Translations under genes and position numbers: made by a program
Notes under the pieces: model-generated
The model's input: the letters and a program-made list of their open reading frames with translations, nothing else
Told to the model about the DNA's origin: nothing
Database searches by the model: none
In this document: piece by piece, positions 37,801 to 53,000 of the stretch
Layout: every line of letters starts with the position of its first letter
How positions within the stretch are numbered: position 1 is the stretch's first letter
NCBI RefSeq assembly: GCF_963676685.1
Contig: NC_092344.1
Span: 66,464,001-66,528,000 of the forward strand
Length of the DNA: 64,000 bases
Source: Mytilus edulis
Lineage: Eukaryota
Direction of reading: 5' to 3'

Positions 37801-40800
37801 ATTTGTAAAAGGTCCAGGACCTTTTCAATTTTCAATTAAAGACCCATTTTAAGACATTCATAAGCCCTTAAAAAGCAACAATCCATGTAAAGAATCCTAG
37901 ATTCTGGACAATTGTAATTCAAAAATCAAAGGATTCTTCTTAGAAAAGACAGGTTCTAGACCTTTAACCAACACTGCCTTACAGCTAATTTGCTAATGCA
38001 TGTAAAGCAAAACTTTTTTTGGTTTGCTTGCTTTATTTGTATAATTGTTTATACAAGATTTGTTAATAAGATTGACATCTTTAAACAACATATTAAGGCA
38101 TAGTTCAACCTGTATATATAATATTTGAATTTAATTGGGTGTTATCCTAATGTATGTGCAATATAAACACAAAGCAAGCAAGCTAACTAAAGTCTTGCTC
38201 TACATGCTTTAGGAAATTAGCTGTAAAGCCCCTTTAAAAACATATTGTTTAGTATGATGGTATGAAAATTATATAACATTATCTTTGATCTCTAACAAGT
38301 TCCCAAGAATTAATGTATCCTATAAGATGTCTTAGGGGAGTAAACAATAAATGGCTTCGGCACCATGTATGATAAATTTGCAGTCTTCATGCTTCTCGTG
38401 GGGAAACTCTTAACACAGCTATATAGAAATATTTCTCTTAGATATGAAATTATAGATAATTATCTCAGAGTTTTTTACCGCATGAACATATCTGTTTTGC
38501 GTTTATGATCTATTGTTTGTCGATATTTTGTCACCTGTTGTAGCAGAAAGCTGGCTACGAAATTTGCTTTCCTGATTGTTTTATGTTCCGTCAGGGAATT
38601 CCAAGAATATGATGTTACTTGTATTGAGCTTTTTACAGTTACAGGCTGCGGGTATGTGGTAAAAATGGTAATGAAGGAAAAATTGGTTCCCTACCAAAAA
38701 ACATTGTTGCTGATGATCTCACTTCATATTTGCAAACATTTAACAAATAAATATGTGCTATTATTGAGAACTTTATCAATAAACCGTTTAAAACTTTCAT
38801 CAATGTCAGTTTAAAATAAGATTAAGCTGTAGATCTTATAATTTAGTGAAGGTTATTGCTGCAAGTATATGTTTTCTTAAGTATTTTCCAAAATTGAAAG
38901 TGCAATTGTATGGCTAAAAAGTTCTGACTAAAATAAAATTGTGACTCACCACTGCAGTTGACCCAAATAAGTCCATAACTGTGATTTTTTATGCCCCATT
39001 TATGGGCATTATGTTTTCTGGTCTGTGAATCTGTTCGTCTGTTCGTTGTTTCGTCCGTCCGATCGTCCTGCTTCAGGTTAAAGTTTTTAGTCAAGGTAGT
39101 TTTTGATGAAGTTGAAGTCTAATAAACTTGAAACTTAGTACACATGTTCTTTATGATATGATCTTTCTAATTTTAATGCCAAATTAGAGATTTCCCCCAT
39201 TTTTACGGTCCATTGAACATAGAAAATGATAGTGCAAATGGGGCATCTGTGTACTATGGACACATTCTTGTTTGTCCTGATATTAGTTAAACCCTGACTC
39301 TAAGTTGCCTATTCCATAGGTGATCAGACAGTTTGACATATATATATATATTTAAGGGACAAAAATGAGGATATTAAATAATTAACTTTAAATTTGTTTT
39401 AATTTTTATGTTTATGTTTTTAGATGTAGTGTTAGAGAACAATGTGAATCCAATGAGTCAGAACTAAGATGGCTGGGCTACAAAGGAGCAACGTGTACAA
39501 ATATTACATCTGTTTACCCAGACAAACTTCAGAAGAACAACAAAGTTTCAAGGACTACAAGTGTATGTTTTATCACATTAAATATGGTGTCAACTTTATA
39601 TCAATCTAAAGAATGCAGTTTTACTTAAAATAACCAAAGTATTAGACAATACAGGAGATACCTGCACCAACTATTACAACTACCTCCAAGAAAAATAGAC
39701 ATTCAAACATCACATTCATGACATTAATGGCCAACACATGGCTAAATAGCTGAATAAATAAATAAATAGACAAATCTTGTTCAAGTATTAGAAAAAATAA
39801 TAACATTTTGTTGAAACATTAAAAATTCAGATGTTTGAAATTGAAAAATGAAATGATACAAATTTTAATAATTTTCAATAACAGAAGCATTTAAAATAAC
39901 CTGATTCCAAGTCCAATATTACATGTATTAAATAGAATTCAGTTAATGTTCATTGCAAAACTATTATCAGGTAGCTACAGTCAGTTTCCATCTTTATGGG
40001 AATCTAATGTGTTTTTGTCAGGGATCGGAGTGGGAAAATCTTCCATTTAACGATAGGCATTCTTTATGGAAATAGCCCCCTATCGCTCAAATCTGCATTG
40101 GAATATTTTAAACCAGTATATGTCCTGAAAATAAACTTGTTTTCATAATTAGAAATTGTTATCAAATGAATTGGTAATATGAGAAAGATTGTGTCAGCAA
40201 GCTCCACTGTTTAAGGAAATGGAATTGTAACGAGAATGCAAATTGCCAATGTAATTTAGGCTCCCGTAATGCATTAAATTACACACTTGGAGTACAATAT
40301 TTGATACATGGTTCTGTACAAAAATTATGATTAATGCGATAAAAACAAATTATATAAAATGATGCTGATACTGAAAGCAACATTCCGAATTAGTCACCAG
40401 CGTGTATATCGTTTACGCTTGTACGATGTTAAAGGTCAGAATATGGTCATGTCGGCTTTTATAAGGATTCTGTACTAAACCACTTGGTTATTTACTCCAG
40501 TGTAATTGGATTGTCAGAGTAACAAATCGCAAACATATCGCTGTCCTCAAGTTCATTTGTTTGTAATCATAGATCAGAAGTCTGGTGAAAAAAATGTAAT
40601 TTGATTAAATCGCCATAATGACACAAAGTGTTAACAATACATGTGATATGCACTTTGATGTTTATAAAAAAAACTAGGGTAGCCATAACTCATCGATCAA
40701 TTACGTTTATGATTGAAGTTATTAATCGTAATTATTAGATATTGAATAGGAATGAACTGATATTTATATTGCATTTTTTTTAAATCAAATTTGTTCGTCT

Positions 40801-43800
40801 TTCATTCGATAAACATCTGATTTTTAAAATATTGTTTGTCCAAATGTCATTTCAGAAATTCTCAATTGGTAAATGCAATCTTAGTGCATGTTGTGATGGA
40901 AAATATGTAACTTACTAAAGGAATTTAAGGACGGCAGTGTTCATTGTGTTATATTTGTGTTGCTAACAATCATTGAATATTGCTGATATTTCAGTTACTG
41001 AGGCTTCAAGTGTAAATATTCTGTCTCCTGGCGAGAGCAAAATTGCTTTACAAACTAGATAAAGATACCATATGAAAATTGAAAGAATAAGAAATTAAAT
41101 TTTCATATTGAAATTAGCATTGATCCTTTGACACAGTCAAACGTTATATTGTTATCAAAATGAATTTTTTCAAGTGAAAAAATTAATAGTATTTTAGTGA
41201 AAATTATGAAGTATTTTATTTATTTTCAGTTAACTTTAAATATATCGAATCTACCAACATATAAGCCATTGAACGTGGTGTGTCAATTTTCTGGATATAA
41301 TGCTGTACTGTCAACCAAAGCAAACAGGACATCATCGAACACCATGACATGCGAAACACCATTACCAAATCAGCTCCCATCATTCCCTGTTGGTGCAGGT
41401 AAGTGGTTATAGAACTCTTGGTATAATTAAGTGGATTCTTTTTTTAATTACGTGGGTACTGATTTTTTTGGTACGGAGAAGAAAAGGCAAAATCGAGAAA
41501 ATTTGATTGCATGTTTTGGCCATAGTCTGCATACAACCTTGGGCTGTTTTCTGCTTTTTGCAAGAGTAAATACAATGGCAAACACTAAGTTATAGTAGGG
41601 AATTTTATTAAAGGGTTTAAGATTTAAAAAAAAGATATGATAAGGAATGGACATGCAACAATTCTCAATAGAACCCATGTTTCCATATGAAACTATTATC
41701 ATCTACATGAAGGTCTAACTTGACAATGGAATATTCCTGCAAAAGAATTTAAATCAAGGTCTTTATGAATTAAGCACACCCTAAATAGTTTCAGGCTAAA
41801 TGTTAACCACAGAGTTTTGGTTAATTACATGTACATGCTCAACTTATTACACAACTCCCAAGATGTCTGAGATACATGTGTCGTAATTTTATACGGTACA
41901 TGTAGTCTATGATATTAGAGATATCGTAGATTACTTAATTCATTGTTGATCCTGTGAACAATATTTATTTATCAGTTAACCACAGAGTTATGATTCATCT
42001 CCTTACAATTGATATCCAGCTCTGTTAGATTTCCCTAGTCTGAAATTTTCCTTATCTGATGAACCAATATTACATCCCCTACTACTTCTCAGGAATTGAG
42101 GACTAATTTGAATGGAGAAAGTACCAACCCTTAATTGCTTCCCTGCTTTCTGAATTGTAGATTTCAGCAATACAAATTAGTTTTGAAAAGTGTTTTGAAG
42201 ATAACTGACTTTGGTTGGTAAATGTTCTAGGTCACCAGTACTGGTTGTAGAGTTAATACAGGGTACCAGTTAGTATAAAGTTTTAAAGAATGATTCACTA
42301 CAATCCCACAAAACTGATGATCTGTTCCTGTATGTTATCACTGATGACCAGTATACAGTTTCTTAATTAACTGGACCGCAGCTGTTTCCTTGCTTGTGAG
42401 ATATCACAGGTTACCAGTTAGGTAGCTCCTTATCAGATGACCATTGCTTCTGTGGTTTCAGAGGTGACTAGTATAGCTTCCTTATCATGTGACCTCAAAA
42501 TTCATTCATTATAATGTCCAGATAAATCTTTTGATGTTTATCTGCGCAGAGAACACATAGATAGCATACCTGTCTGTTAGCCGATCATCAATATTTAAAC
42601 TTTTATGTGATGCTATCGGCACAGAAACAAATACTTAGACTAGAATTTAAACTTCTGTTTGATGGTTATCTATATGCATTGTCACGCTGATTTATTAAGA
42701 TTTTGACCCTGTTAGTCAAGTGCAAATTAAAAAAAATTTTTGTCTTGCTTGCCTTTGGGAAGTTTTCATTCATTGAAGTGTACATCCTCCTTTTAAAATT
42801 TCTGTCAAACATTTAGCTCATTGGTTTCACCTTGTTTTTATCTAATTGTTAAGTACATCTCTGATGTTAATGGTAGATTTTATTATGCAAGATGTAAGCT
42901 GAAGACTTGTAAAACTACCTAATTGATAAGAAATAGCATGGGTAGAAAGTATTTTCTGACCACCTAGTTAGAAGTATTTGCTGTTTCTGGTACATTGTTG
43001 CATATAGTACAGTTCAAAGTGAGTATGTGCAGTGGCGGATCCAGAAATTTTCCTAAGGGTGGGGGGCGCTGACTGACCTAAGGGGGGCCCCTCAGTCATG
43101 CTTCAATGATTTCCTATATAATCAACCAAATTTTTTCCACAAAAGGGGGAGCCAGGACCACCCCCCCCCCCCCCCCCCCCCCCTGAATCCACCTATGATG
43201 TGATAGTGGTAGATTGATACTTATAAGGTCAAATACTGTATTGTACTGTACAAGTCAGACCATATTTTGGGAGTCATTTTTCGATTCTTTTAGTCTTATT
43301 TATACTCTTTGTCTGTTTGATTTTCATGGGTTTCATGGGTTCAGATGAACCATGAATTCAAATGTTTAACAAATTTCAAAATTCTACAGGTCTTCTTTGC
43401 TGAAATTGGCAAAACCACAGAATCAAATATCCACCAAAATGCAAGTTTTCCTCAATTCACAAAAATTGAAACCTACGAAAATAATTTAATATACAGTATA
43501 TTTTTTGGCATTATATTTGAAGACTACATAATTGAAAGCAATCATTGATCAGTGGTAGACATTTAGGTTAGAAGGGTATCTACCCTTTTCAGTGACTTCC
43601 ATCCCTCTCATCATCTCAAAATTTGTCTATTTTTTTTGTAGATATTTCCTTTCATTATGTGGTAGTTTTTTTACGGAAATCCCAGATACCTTGGGAATTT
43701 CACTTTGCATTCTTGCACAGATGGAGAAGAAAGTCATTAAAAAGTTTAAGATTCTAATGAAACAAATTAAAGGCATATTTATTCACCTGCTACTCAACCT

Positions 43801-46800
43801 TCAAATGACCTTGAGAAGATAAATATGGATTAATGCCATTTTAACTTAAAGACATAATGATACCTTCAGACATAATCATTGAAACATTAGAGTTTTCTAT
43901 CTTATTTATCAAATACAAGTATTGATTAAAGGAGGGATTTCAAACTGGAATTTTGTTCATTGCCTTAATCTTTTTTCAGGGGGAAATGTTCAAATTGATT
44001 GATATTTTCCTACTGGGAATTCTGGGATTAAAATCTAGATGTTGACAAAAGAATCTATTACAAAAGAGGACAGATATTTGAAATTTAGATTAGTTCTTAC
44101 TATATTGATGGGTTGTAATTGGAAATACTGTGCTTTCAGAGTTGTGTAAGATTATATCTTTATCGTATTTGGGTTTTTAATTAAGATTTTTTTAAAAGTT
44201 GATTGGATATAAGCAAGATTTTGTCTGTTAACACAGCCAGAGAGATATAAAAACATTAATGTTTTATGTCTGATACAAGTCACAAAGGCTTAGACTGTTT
44301 TCTGCTTTATACTTTTAGCATATTAGTTCTGTGTCATGGATTTTTCAAAAGGGGTATACTATAGGAGAGTAAAAAGGATATGAAATTGGTATTCATTGCC
44401 CTTCCAGTGCACCTGAAATCACCTCCAGTTTTGGTGGGTTTTGTTTTGTTCATGTTGTATAAAAATGAATGAAACTTGTCAGAAGCTTAATTTTTTAGGG
44501 TAAGCCCTTTTCGAGACACTTTTCTGCTCCTCTCTAGATGTAGCCAGACGGATTTGTACTTCCCAATTTTGATTTGTTTAGTATTGGTAATTAAAGGCAT
44601 TTACACCATTTAGTTTAATGGTTGGGACATCAAGAGCAGGGAATTTGTTCTTAAGACATGAAAATAATTAACTTATACTTTGATATTGGCTTTGTTTACT
44701 AATAGAAGTGTTGAAAGTCATCATACTTAAGTTTGTGATGTACTCTTTACTACTGTAATATTACATTGACAGAAATAAAAATAGAAGAAGTGGTGTGATT
44801 ACTTTAGAACAAAAGAAAAAAGTCAAATCACAAAAATACTGAACTTAAAGGTAAATCAATTCGGAAAGTCCATGATCACATGGCAAAATCAAATAACAAA
44901 ACGCATCGAAAATGAATGGACAAGAACTGTCATATTCCTGACTTGGTACAGGCATTTTCAAATGTAGAAAATGGTGGATTAAACCTGGTTTTATAGTGCT
45001 AACTAACCCTCTCACTTTGAAAACATGTTTCCTAATACCTAATTTGTTGACTTTACAGAAATAACTTGTGGGGGAGATTGAAAATGTAAAATCCATGCTC
45101 ATTTTCGTCAAGCATTATCTCAATTAGAGAAGTTATTTTCAGTTCTTTCTTAATGTGAATCATTGAAAAAAAACATTGTATAAATGATGTAACATATTTA
45201 TTTATTTTGAAAGTTTGGAATGCATCATTAAGTTTCACACAGTTCTCTTTTACTCTCTGTTTCCTAATGCACTTGTAGAAATATAGTATCTAGTATTTCT
45301 GCTTATAATAGAGACAAGTATATGTATTGTAGAGGTTTTTCCTTGTAAATGTAATACATGTATTATACATAACCTGTGACTTTCTAGGTTAAATATTGAT
45401 ATCTTACTAGTAAGTTGCTTGTAACCTAGTCCTTACCACAGCTGTTGAAAAGCCAATTTAATTCATTCATCCATGCTTTGTGGAACAAGTACTTCTCGTT
45501 GAACTTATTACTGTCAAAAGGAGTGAGACACCTAATGAAACAAGAACTTGTCATGGTTTAGTAAGCACTGCTGATTAAATTCCATAAAACAATGGGGACA
45601 TTGAACTAGGGTGTATATGAAGGAGTATACAATGACAAGTGGGGTTAATCTTGACAATTTATATTCTGATTGTAGTAATCCCTGGTAACTGATATTATGA
45701 ATATTGGGTCTGTTGATTTGTAATGTATATAAGTCGGGAAAGTCAATAGATATGAGAAAAATTGTTTGAAAATTTTCAGAATAGATTTTTTTATCAGATT
45801 ATGATGACTTATAATTTTTTTTAAAGATTTTAAGAATAGAATATTTAGTCAGATGTATATATATGATTAATTTTTTTACTAAGTGACATAGTATTTTTTA
45901 ATAAGAATTTACGCAATGTCCATGTTAGTGCTCTTAGGAAGTCATAAGACATTAGAAAATTTAAACTGACTTAGGATTTTTAAGTTGTCCGTGTTTATTG
46001 TCTCTGAATATAAAAAAAAAACATGCAAAAAATTATTTGAGAAATTTTTAACAATAGAATTTTTATTTATATAATACGAGATATGATTAATTTTTGACAG
46101 AGTGACACAAGATATTTAAGAAGGTATAATGTAGTGTCCATGCTTATTCTCTCAGGAAGTGATATGCAAATTAAAATTTATTTTAGAATTTTTAAATAAT
46201 TAATTTTTTTGTCATAAATGATTAATTTTGGACAAAGTGACAAGATTTTTAAAATTAGAACTTATTTATTCTCGTAGGAAGTTGATAGACATGCAAAAAT
46301 GTAGTCAAAGAAATTTCTTAGAGTATTTTTTTTTTTATTATCGGATATGATTAATTTTTGACAAAGTGACATAGGATTGTAAAGTAGTTATACAGTGTTG
46401 GTGTTGATTCTCTTGTGGTTCTTAGACATTTTAAGCTGACAAAGCCTGTTGCCATATGATTTATTTACATATGATGCATGTTGCACATTATATGCAATCA
46501 GTATGCAGGTTTTGGGTTAGATAATCTAGTTTGCTTGGAGAGAGAAGCTGTTATGTGACAGTGGGTGTGTTTGCTAGTGTCAGTGATAACATCAACTATT
46601 TTGGTATGACAATATGACTGTGTGTCATAGTCTAGTAACAGCAACAACATGGAGATTAAGAATAACATTGCATAATTTAGGGAATTACTGACCGTTCAAG
46701 GGCTGTATAGCCAGTCAAGGTCGTTAAAAACTTAAAATCAAAAAAAGTAATATTGGGCAAAGAATACAGGATACATTGGAATATACATTTTTGGCAAAGG

Positions 46801-47022
46801 CAGCATAGAAACCTCTAATCTTTAATTTTTGGGGAACCTTTTATGAATTTCATATCCTGTAGTATTAGCAAGCTATAACTAGTTTATATTAAATTACTTT
46901 CTCACAGATTTATTCTATATTTCTCATTATGATTGCTAGAAAAAAATATTTCATTATAAGGCCAAAAAAAATATATGTCTGTTTCCTGCTGCCAAGGCAA
47001 AAAAATCAGGGTCGGTAGGTCA

Positions 47023-47060
<38 letters not shown>

Positions 47061-50000
47061 ATTTTTGCACTCCCTGTCAGATTTGCAGATGGTTAAATGT
47101 CATGTTTGGTTAGGGTCCTTTACCCTAAAATCGTTTAATCTCTTTAAAGAAGCTTTAATTGAATAAGCCTCCCAGTGCCGACATTTTTTAAACCTTAATT
47201 GTAGCACATTTGTGCTGGAACATCTGAATGTATATCAAATACTGCATTGCTTAATTTCAAACCTAGGTTATATATTAATAACCTGCTTATCTATCACTTG
47301 CTTTGGAGAATTGGTTTTGAAACAATTGAACACTTGAGAAAAAATAAAGTTGAAAATCAGAAATACAGATGTATGTAACGCCATTATTATCTATCAGAAT
47401 ATGTCTGCAAATCACAGGAAATTGTAGCAAGTATGAAAACAAGTGTTATCTGGGTTTACATGCTCCACAGCTGTTACAGACAAGAATTGTAAATTGGTAG
47501 TGGTTTTATATAAGTACAATATACATGATATAGATTGATACATAAACAGGGGGTGGAGAGGGGGGCACTGTGCAAGCTGATTGTAAAAATGTTAAGAACA
47601 TGATGATTAAGGCTTGAAGTGTCCTACAGTGTGAAGGGTAGGATATTTGATGACGATAAGGCCATGTTTGCTCGTATTTTGAAGTACTTTGTAGCTAACT
47701 AGATTGTTTTTTAGAAAGAGTGAGATATTTTGATAGTTGTGAGGGGTCAATGATGTTGAAATGGCTCTCAAATGGTTATGGGAGGGGGATGTTGTTTTTC
47801 ATTACCAAATGTAAAGCAAGGTTTGAAAGATTATGGGGTATACATATTTCGTGTTTACACAAGTAGTTGTCATATTTGTCATAATTTTAACATCTGTTTA
47901 TCAGATCAGCTCACATAAAAACATGCCTAACCTGATTCACCTCACAGCTCATATCTCGATGACTGCTGTGCAAAAATTTAAATTCATACATCACAGCACA
48001 TGTCTTGGCTTATAATCTGTAGAATTAATTTGTAAGGCATTGGCACTAATACATGATAATTGCTAAAGATATGAAATATCAATCTGAAAAAAAAATGTTT
48101 GTGATAATGTATGAGTTATTGTCCTTGTATCTGCATTTTTGATATTAAATGTGTCACTAAACATAAACACAGCAGAATGGTGGACAACAAAAGTCAATTA
48201 TGTTTTTACAGTACTGGGGTCTCTATTGAGAGATTGACATATTATATATTTGTCTTTTTTTTTGTAAGGCTGTGTGTTGACCCTCAGGTGTTTTTTTGGG
48301 GTCGTTGTGTTATTGGATTGCTGTCATATTGAGATATACTCTGTACCTTCTTTTATTCATATTACATAGTTTGTACAATGACTGATTTTGTCGGTTAATA
48401 TTTTGTAGTTAGATCACCATTATTGACAAACCTGTGTTGCATATTTCCTGTTAGTGGAATCTTGACTTTTAATAATTGTCTGTGCCTTGTTTTACCATCT
48501 TCTCAAGACTATTAATAATGTAATTGAATTAAAGTACTGCCAGACAATTCCGTTTGAAGAATTCTCCGCCAAAATTGAGAACTTGATAGCTTCTGTCTTT
48601 GAAAATAGTATTAAATAAATGTCATACAGACAAAAAGAATTCTTTCTTATAAAGACCTGTTTTTTGTCTTGTGTACACCGGCAGTATTGTGAGAACGTTG
48701 ACTAGAATCAGAATAGTTGTCATTCTTGTCCCAACGTTATGTAATCGGAATCAGTCATATTCGCTGTGGATAACTTGGTTACGTCTGTTTTCACGGGTTT
48801 CATGGTGCTAAGATGCATATTTTCTGCATTCATGTAACATCTGCATGTGCTTACTCTCATTAGAATATTAGCTTAATTTACATGTGATGCAAGAATCAAC
48901 AAGTACATCTTGATTAAATTGTTTTTCTAAAAAAAAAGTTGTAAGAGAAAGAAAGATAATTATTTTCCAAGATATAAGGGTGTGTATAATGTTGAAATCG
49001 TTGACAATTAAATTAGAATACATGCTTGCTTTCTCACATTTCAGATGTCTTAGGTTTTTGTGGAATTTACGGTTATAATAATGAATTTTTAAATGGTTTT
49101 GGTATGTAAAGTGAAAACTTAAACAGTATCAGTGTCAGAAAATGTTTTCACTATTGAGGTTTTTTCTATGTTATTGTAACCTATAGGAGGGCGGTAAAAT
49201 TACAACACATAAGATCAGAATCATACCCTTAATATGACATTTTTACAATAAAAAAATAGAATTTGATATTCTACCTGATAGAAAAAAGAGCTATGTTATA
49301 TATACACCCAATTCAAAGCAATGACTGTGCCAGTCCCTAACCCCTCTTACAATTATGTAAAATAGAAGAAAACTTTTTGTTGACAATAAAATCAGGTGAC
49401 ATGCTTGTTTTCTCTGACATTTCAGTTGTCTTAAGGTTTTTGTGAAATCTACGGTTATAATTATGAATTTTTAAAAGGTTTTGGTTTGAAAGTGAAAACT
49501 TAAACAATATCAATGTCAGAAAATGTTTTTCACTATTGAATTCTATATTATTGTAACCTATAGGAGGATGGACTACTAGAATAACCACACGTTAGATCAG
49601 ATTTGTAACCTAAATATGACATTTTACAATAAAATAACATAATTGAAAAAATCATTTGCATGTTCTATTTGATGAAAAATAAAGACTATTATATATGACT
49701 CCAGATCAAAGAAAAAGCACGTCATCTACCCCTATTTATTTTGGAAAGTTTTTACTTTGAAACTGGAGCAAATTAAAGATAAAAATTGCAACTGATACAG
49801 TGCCCCTTTAAAAGCTAACATTTAAGCTATCTAGTGACTTTCACAACAATTAACGAAAACCAGTTCAACAAAACTCAATTGGTTAATTATGAATAGTCAC
49901 CTGTTTTAATTTTCTGTTTAATATGGAAAAATAACCAAGAAGCAGCTCACAAAATACTTGTTTTCCATTTGAAATAAGAGACATTAAAGAATTGTTAAAT

Positions 50001-53000
50001 CAGTTTAGTACTTTCCTTCTTTTGGTCTTGATGAGTTGCTTAAGAACTAGTTATCTTTTCCTGCAAAAAAATCATGTCAAATATTTGTACCAGAAATTTC
50101 CAATTTGTGACATACCGCGATTTGCGTTGGACACAGCGTATTTAATACTTGTAACCCGAATATTTCATGCCCTTCTGGTAATCTTTCTATATTCTCCGTA
50201 GATGACACTGTCATCATTGAGCAGCAGATTTTGTCAACATAATCGTTTTAAAGTACTCGAAACAAGAAATATGAAAACAGAAATTTTATAAACAGGAAGT
50301 TCGAATGAAACGAAATTATTGACGGTTACCGGTAACTGAAATGAACAAAATCCCGAAATCGTAAATTTTGCAAAATAAAAAAAATCGGGGCGGGCAGGGA
50401 TGAAAATCTATCAATTAATTTTAATTGGCCTTATATGGAAAAATATCCAAGAAGCAGCTCACAAAATACTTGTTTTCCATTGAAATAAGAGACATTAAAG
50501 AATTGTTAAATCAGTTTAGTACTTTCCTTCTTTTGGTCTTGATGAGTTTCTTAAGAACTAGTTATCTTTTCTTGTAAAAAAAAAGCATGTCAAATATTTG
50601 TACCAGTTAAAAGATATACAGAGTATAAGAAAGATTCTAAAGCATTACTAGAGCGGATATGTTTTAATTACATCTGTTTTCAATTTCCAATTGTCTTTTA
50701 AGGACCATTGTTTATTACGTAATACACAATAATGACATCAAATAAAACAATCATTAGTAAAGCTTTATTTTAAGTTTAAATGAGGAATATATCACTTAAG
50801 ACGATTAGAATCTTAGTAATGACCTGTTCATGAAGTGCTGACTTAGATAGATGTACTTTGCTTCAGATCTGAAGAAAATTGTGTGATATCTGGGGAATTG
50901 TTTCTTGATTACATTCCAAGGCAAAGCGTTTTGACGGTTTGATGGTTGGTGGAATCATGTCAGGTTGTTCTGCATTATGTAATGGTGTTAACTGTTTTCT
51001 TTGCAAGGGGAAGTAAAGTTCTCCTGGGGGTTCATATTTCACAAATTGTTTAAAATTATGAAAATATTTTTATACTTCCTTGTTCAAGGGGTGTGTCCTT
51101 TGGGTATATTAACACCTTATTAGGGCATTGTTCGGAAGCAAAGGATAAAGTGGTAGAAAGACAACCTAATTAGATTTTGAATTTATAAACTATAGGTGAT
51201 AATTGATCTTTTGGTATCTAGAATAGGTATCTGTTGTCTTAAATTGTGTCCGTGCAGAGACTGTATTTTAATTGCATAGTAGTTAGAAATAGCAACGATG
51301 TAAAACTATAATCTTAGCTTGCAAAAGGTTGTGCTTCTCTCTGGAAAACTCTTGCTTCCTCTATCAATAAAAACTAGCTGCAATAATATCCAAGAGTACT
51401 GAAAGTGGCATTAAACACTAACTATCAATCAGGCAATCAATACGGTTCTTTAATCTGTATTTATATCCCTTTGTCCAAGGTGATATTGCTAGATACTGAT
51501 TGATTGTTGTGTGGCATTTGTAGCATGCTTAAATTGATCAACACAAAACAAACAAATTATCTAAGACCGTGAAGTTAGGTGTTCAGGAATGGTGAACAGT
51601 TTCTACCCTTCAAGAGGTTCAAGAGGTTCATTGTTGCTGAGATAAAATAACAAACAAGTGACATTTAATTGTCAACCATTTAATATGGTAGCAGTATTTA
51701 TCTCATAATCACAAGTTCCAACGCAATGGTAAAAAAAAAAAATAACAATTAAACGAAAATTGTTTGGAAAAGTAACAACAATGAAGGGAACATGACAAGC
51801 ATCATCTAGCAAACAGAAACTGATGCTTGAATCTAAGCTACTTTTCTGGTTCAAAATCATAATATTTTTTCTTTCCATTTCAGATCACATCATTATGAAG
51901 TTGTCTGTTGTCATCGACAAACGTTTGTTTGTGTCCACTAACTTCACCTTCTTTGATTGCGAGGTACACAGTGATGATGCGTAAGTATATCTTATTGATT
52001 TTGTTAGATGGTGGAGGACAGGAGGCTATTTTGGTTGTTAAGAAACTTTACTATGCTTGTCAGGCTACTGTTCTGTCGTTGACTAGGATGCAATGGTGTA
52101 AGTTTTTACAACATTCTCCATTCAAGAAAATGAAAGGAAAATTGGTCTTTGCTAAAAACTTATAACATTTGTTGTTCACCTATTCCCATCAAATCCTCTA
52201 AAAAATTAGTACAAAACAAATAATAATGAATTCACAGTACAGTTGGCCCTTTGGGCTACTTATATATAATTTATAATTGTATAATATTATGTAAACATAT
52301 TTTTTGTTGTAGTCTTTGTAAGTGTTAACAATATGCCAGACAGTCCCAGACTTACTTGAATTATAACACAAAGCAATAGTTTATTGGTACTTAAAGTGTT
52401 GACACAAATTGAGGAAATAGGGTTTATTTTATCATATATTTCATTTCATGTTCATAAGATAAAAGATTTGTATTTTCCTTTCTTTTGTCAATTACAATCA
52501 AGTTTGGCAAAGAGAGTTCTTCCTGTGTTTTAGTTGACAGACGTGATCTTGCAGTAAGGGTCAATTACAAGCGGAGTTCTGTACTTGTTGGTATCCTGAA
52601 AGCTGATATAAATAGGCTAGATACTGCATGATAATACTTGCTCTTAGCTTCTTTTTTTAGCTCACTTGGTTCAAAGGAAAGCCAGTGTGAGATTTTGTGA
52701 TCACTTTTTGTCTGTCTGTCTGTGACATTCATCATTAACTTTTAAAGAAGTCTTCTCTGCTGAAATTACTGGGTCAGTTGGATCAAATTTTTGCCTGCAT
52801 TACTTTAAGATGAATTACTTTGAAAGGTGTTTTCAATAACCCTGTCACTTGAGCAAGTTGGGGCTATTGCTCAAAAAGGACATAGTACTTTAATTTTTAA
52901 AAAGAAAAAAAGTCTAAAAATCCAGAAATCCTAAAATATTCACCAACCAACATAACTACTACAGTTAATTTTAGATAGACATAGTTGTCAGTGTTGCAAA

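Noticed and set aside
47025-47056. Long poly-T run (and the poly-C run at ~43161-43183) as a terminator or retrocopy tail
   Set aside because: Both are homopolymer tracts internal to DNA-transposon-like sequence, with no associated retrocopy.
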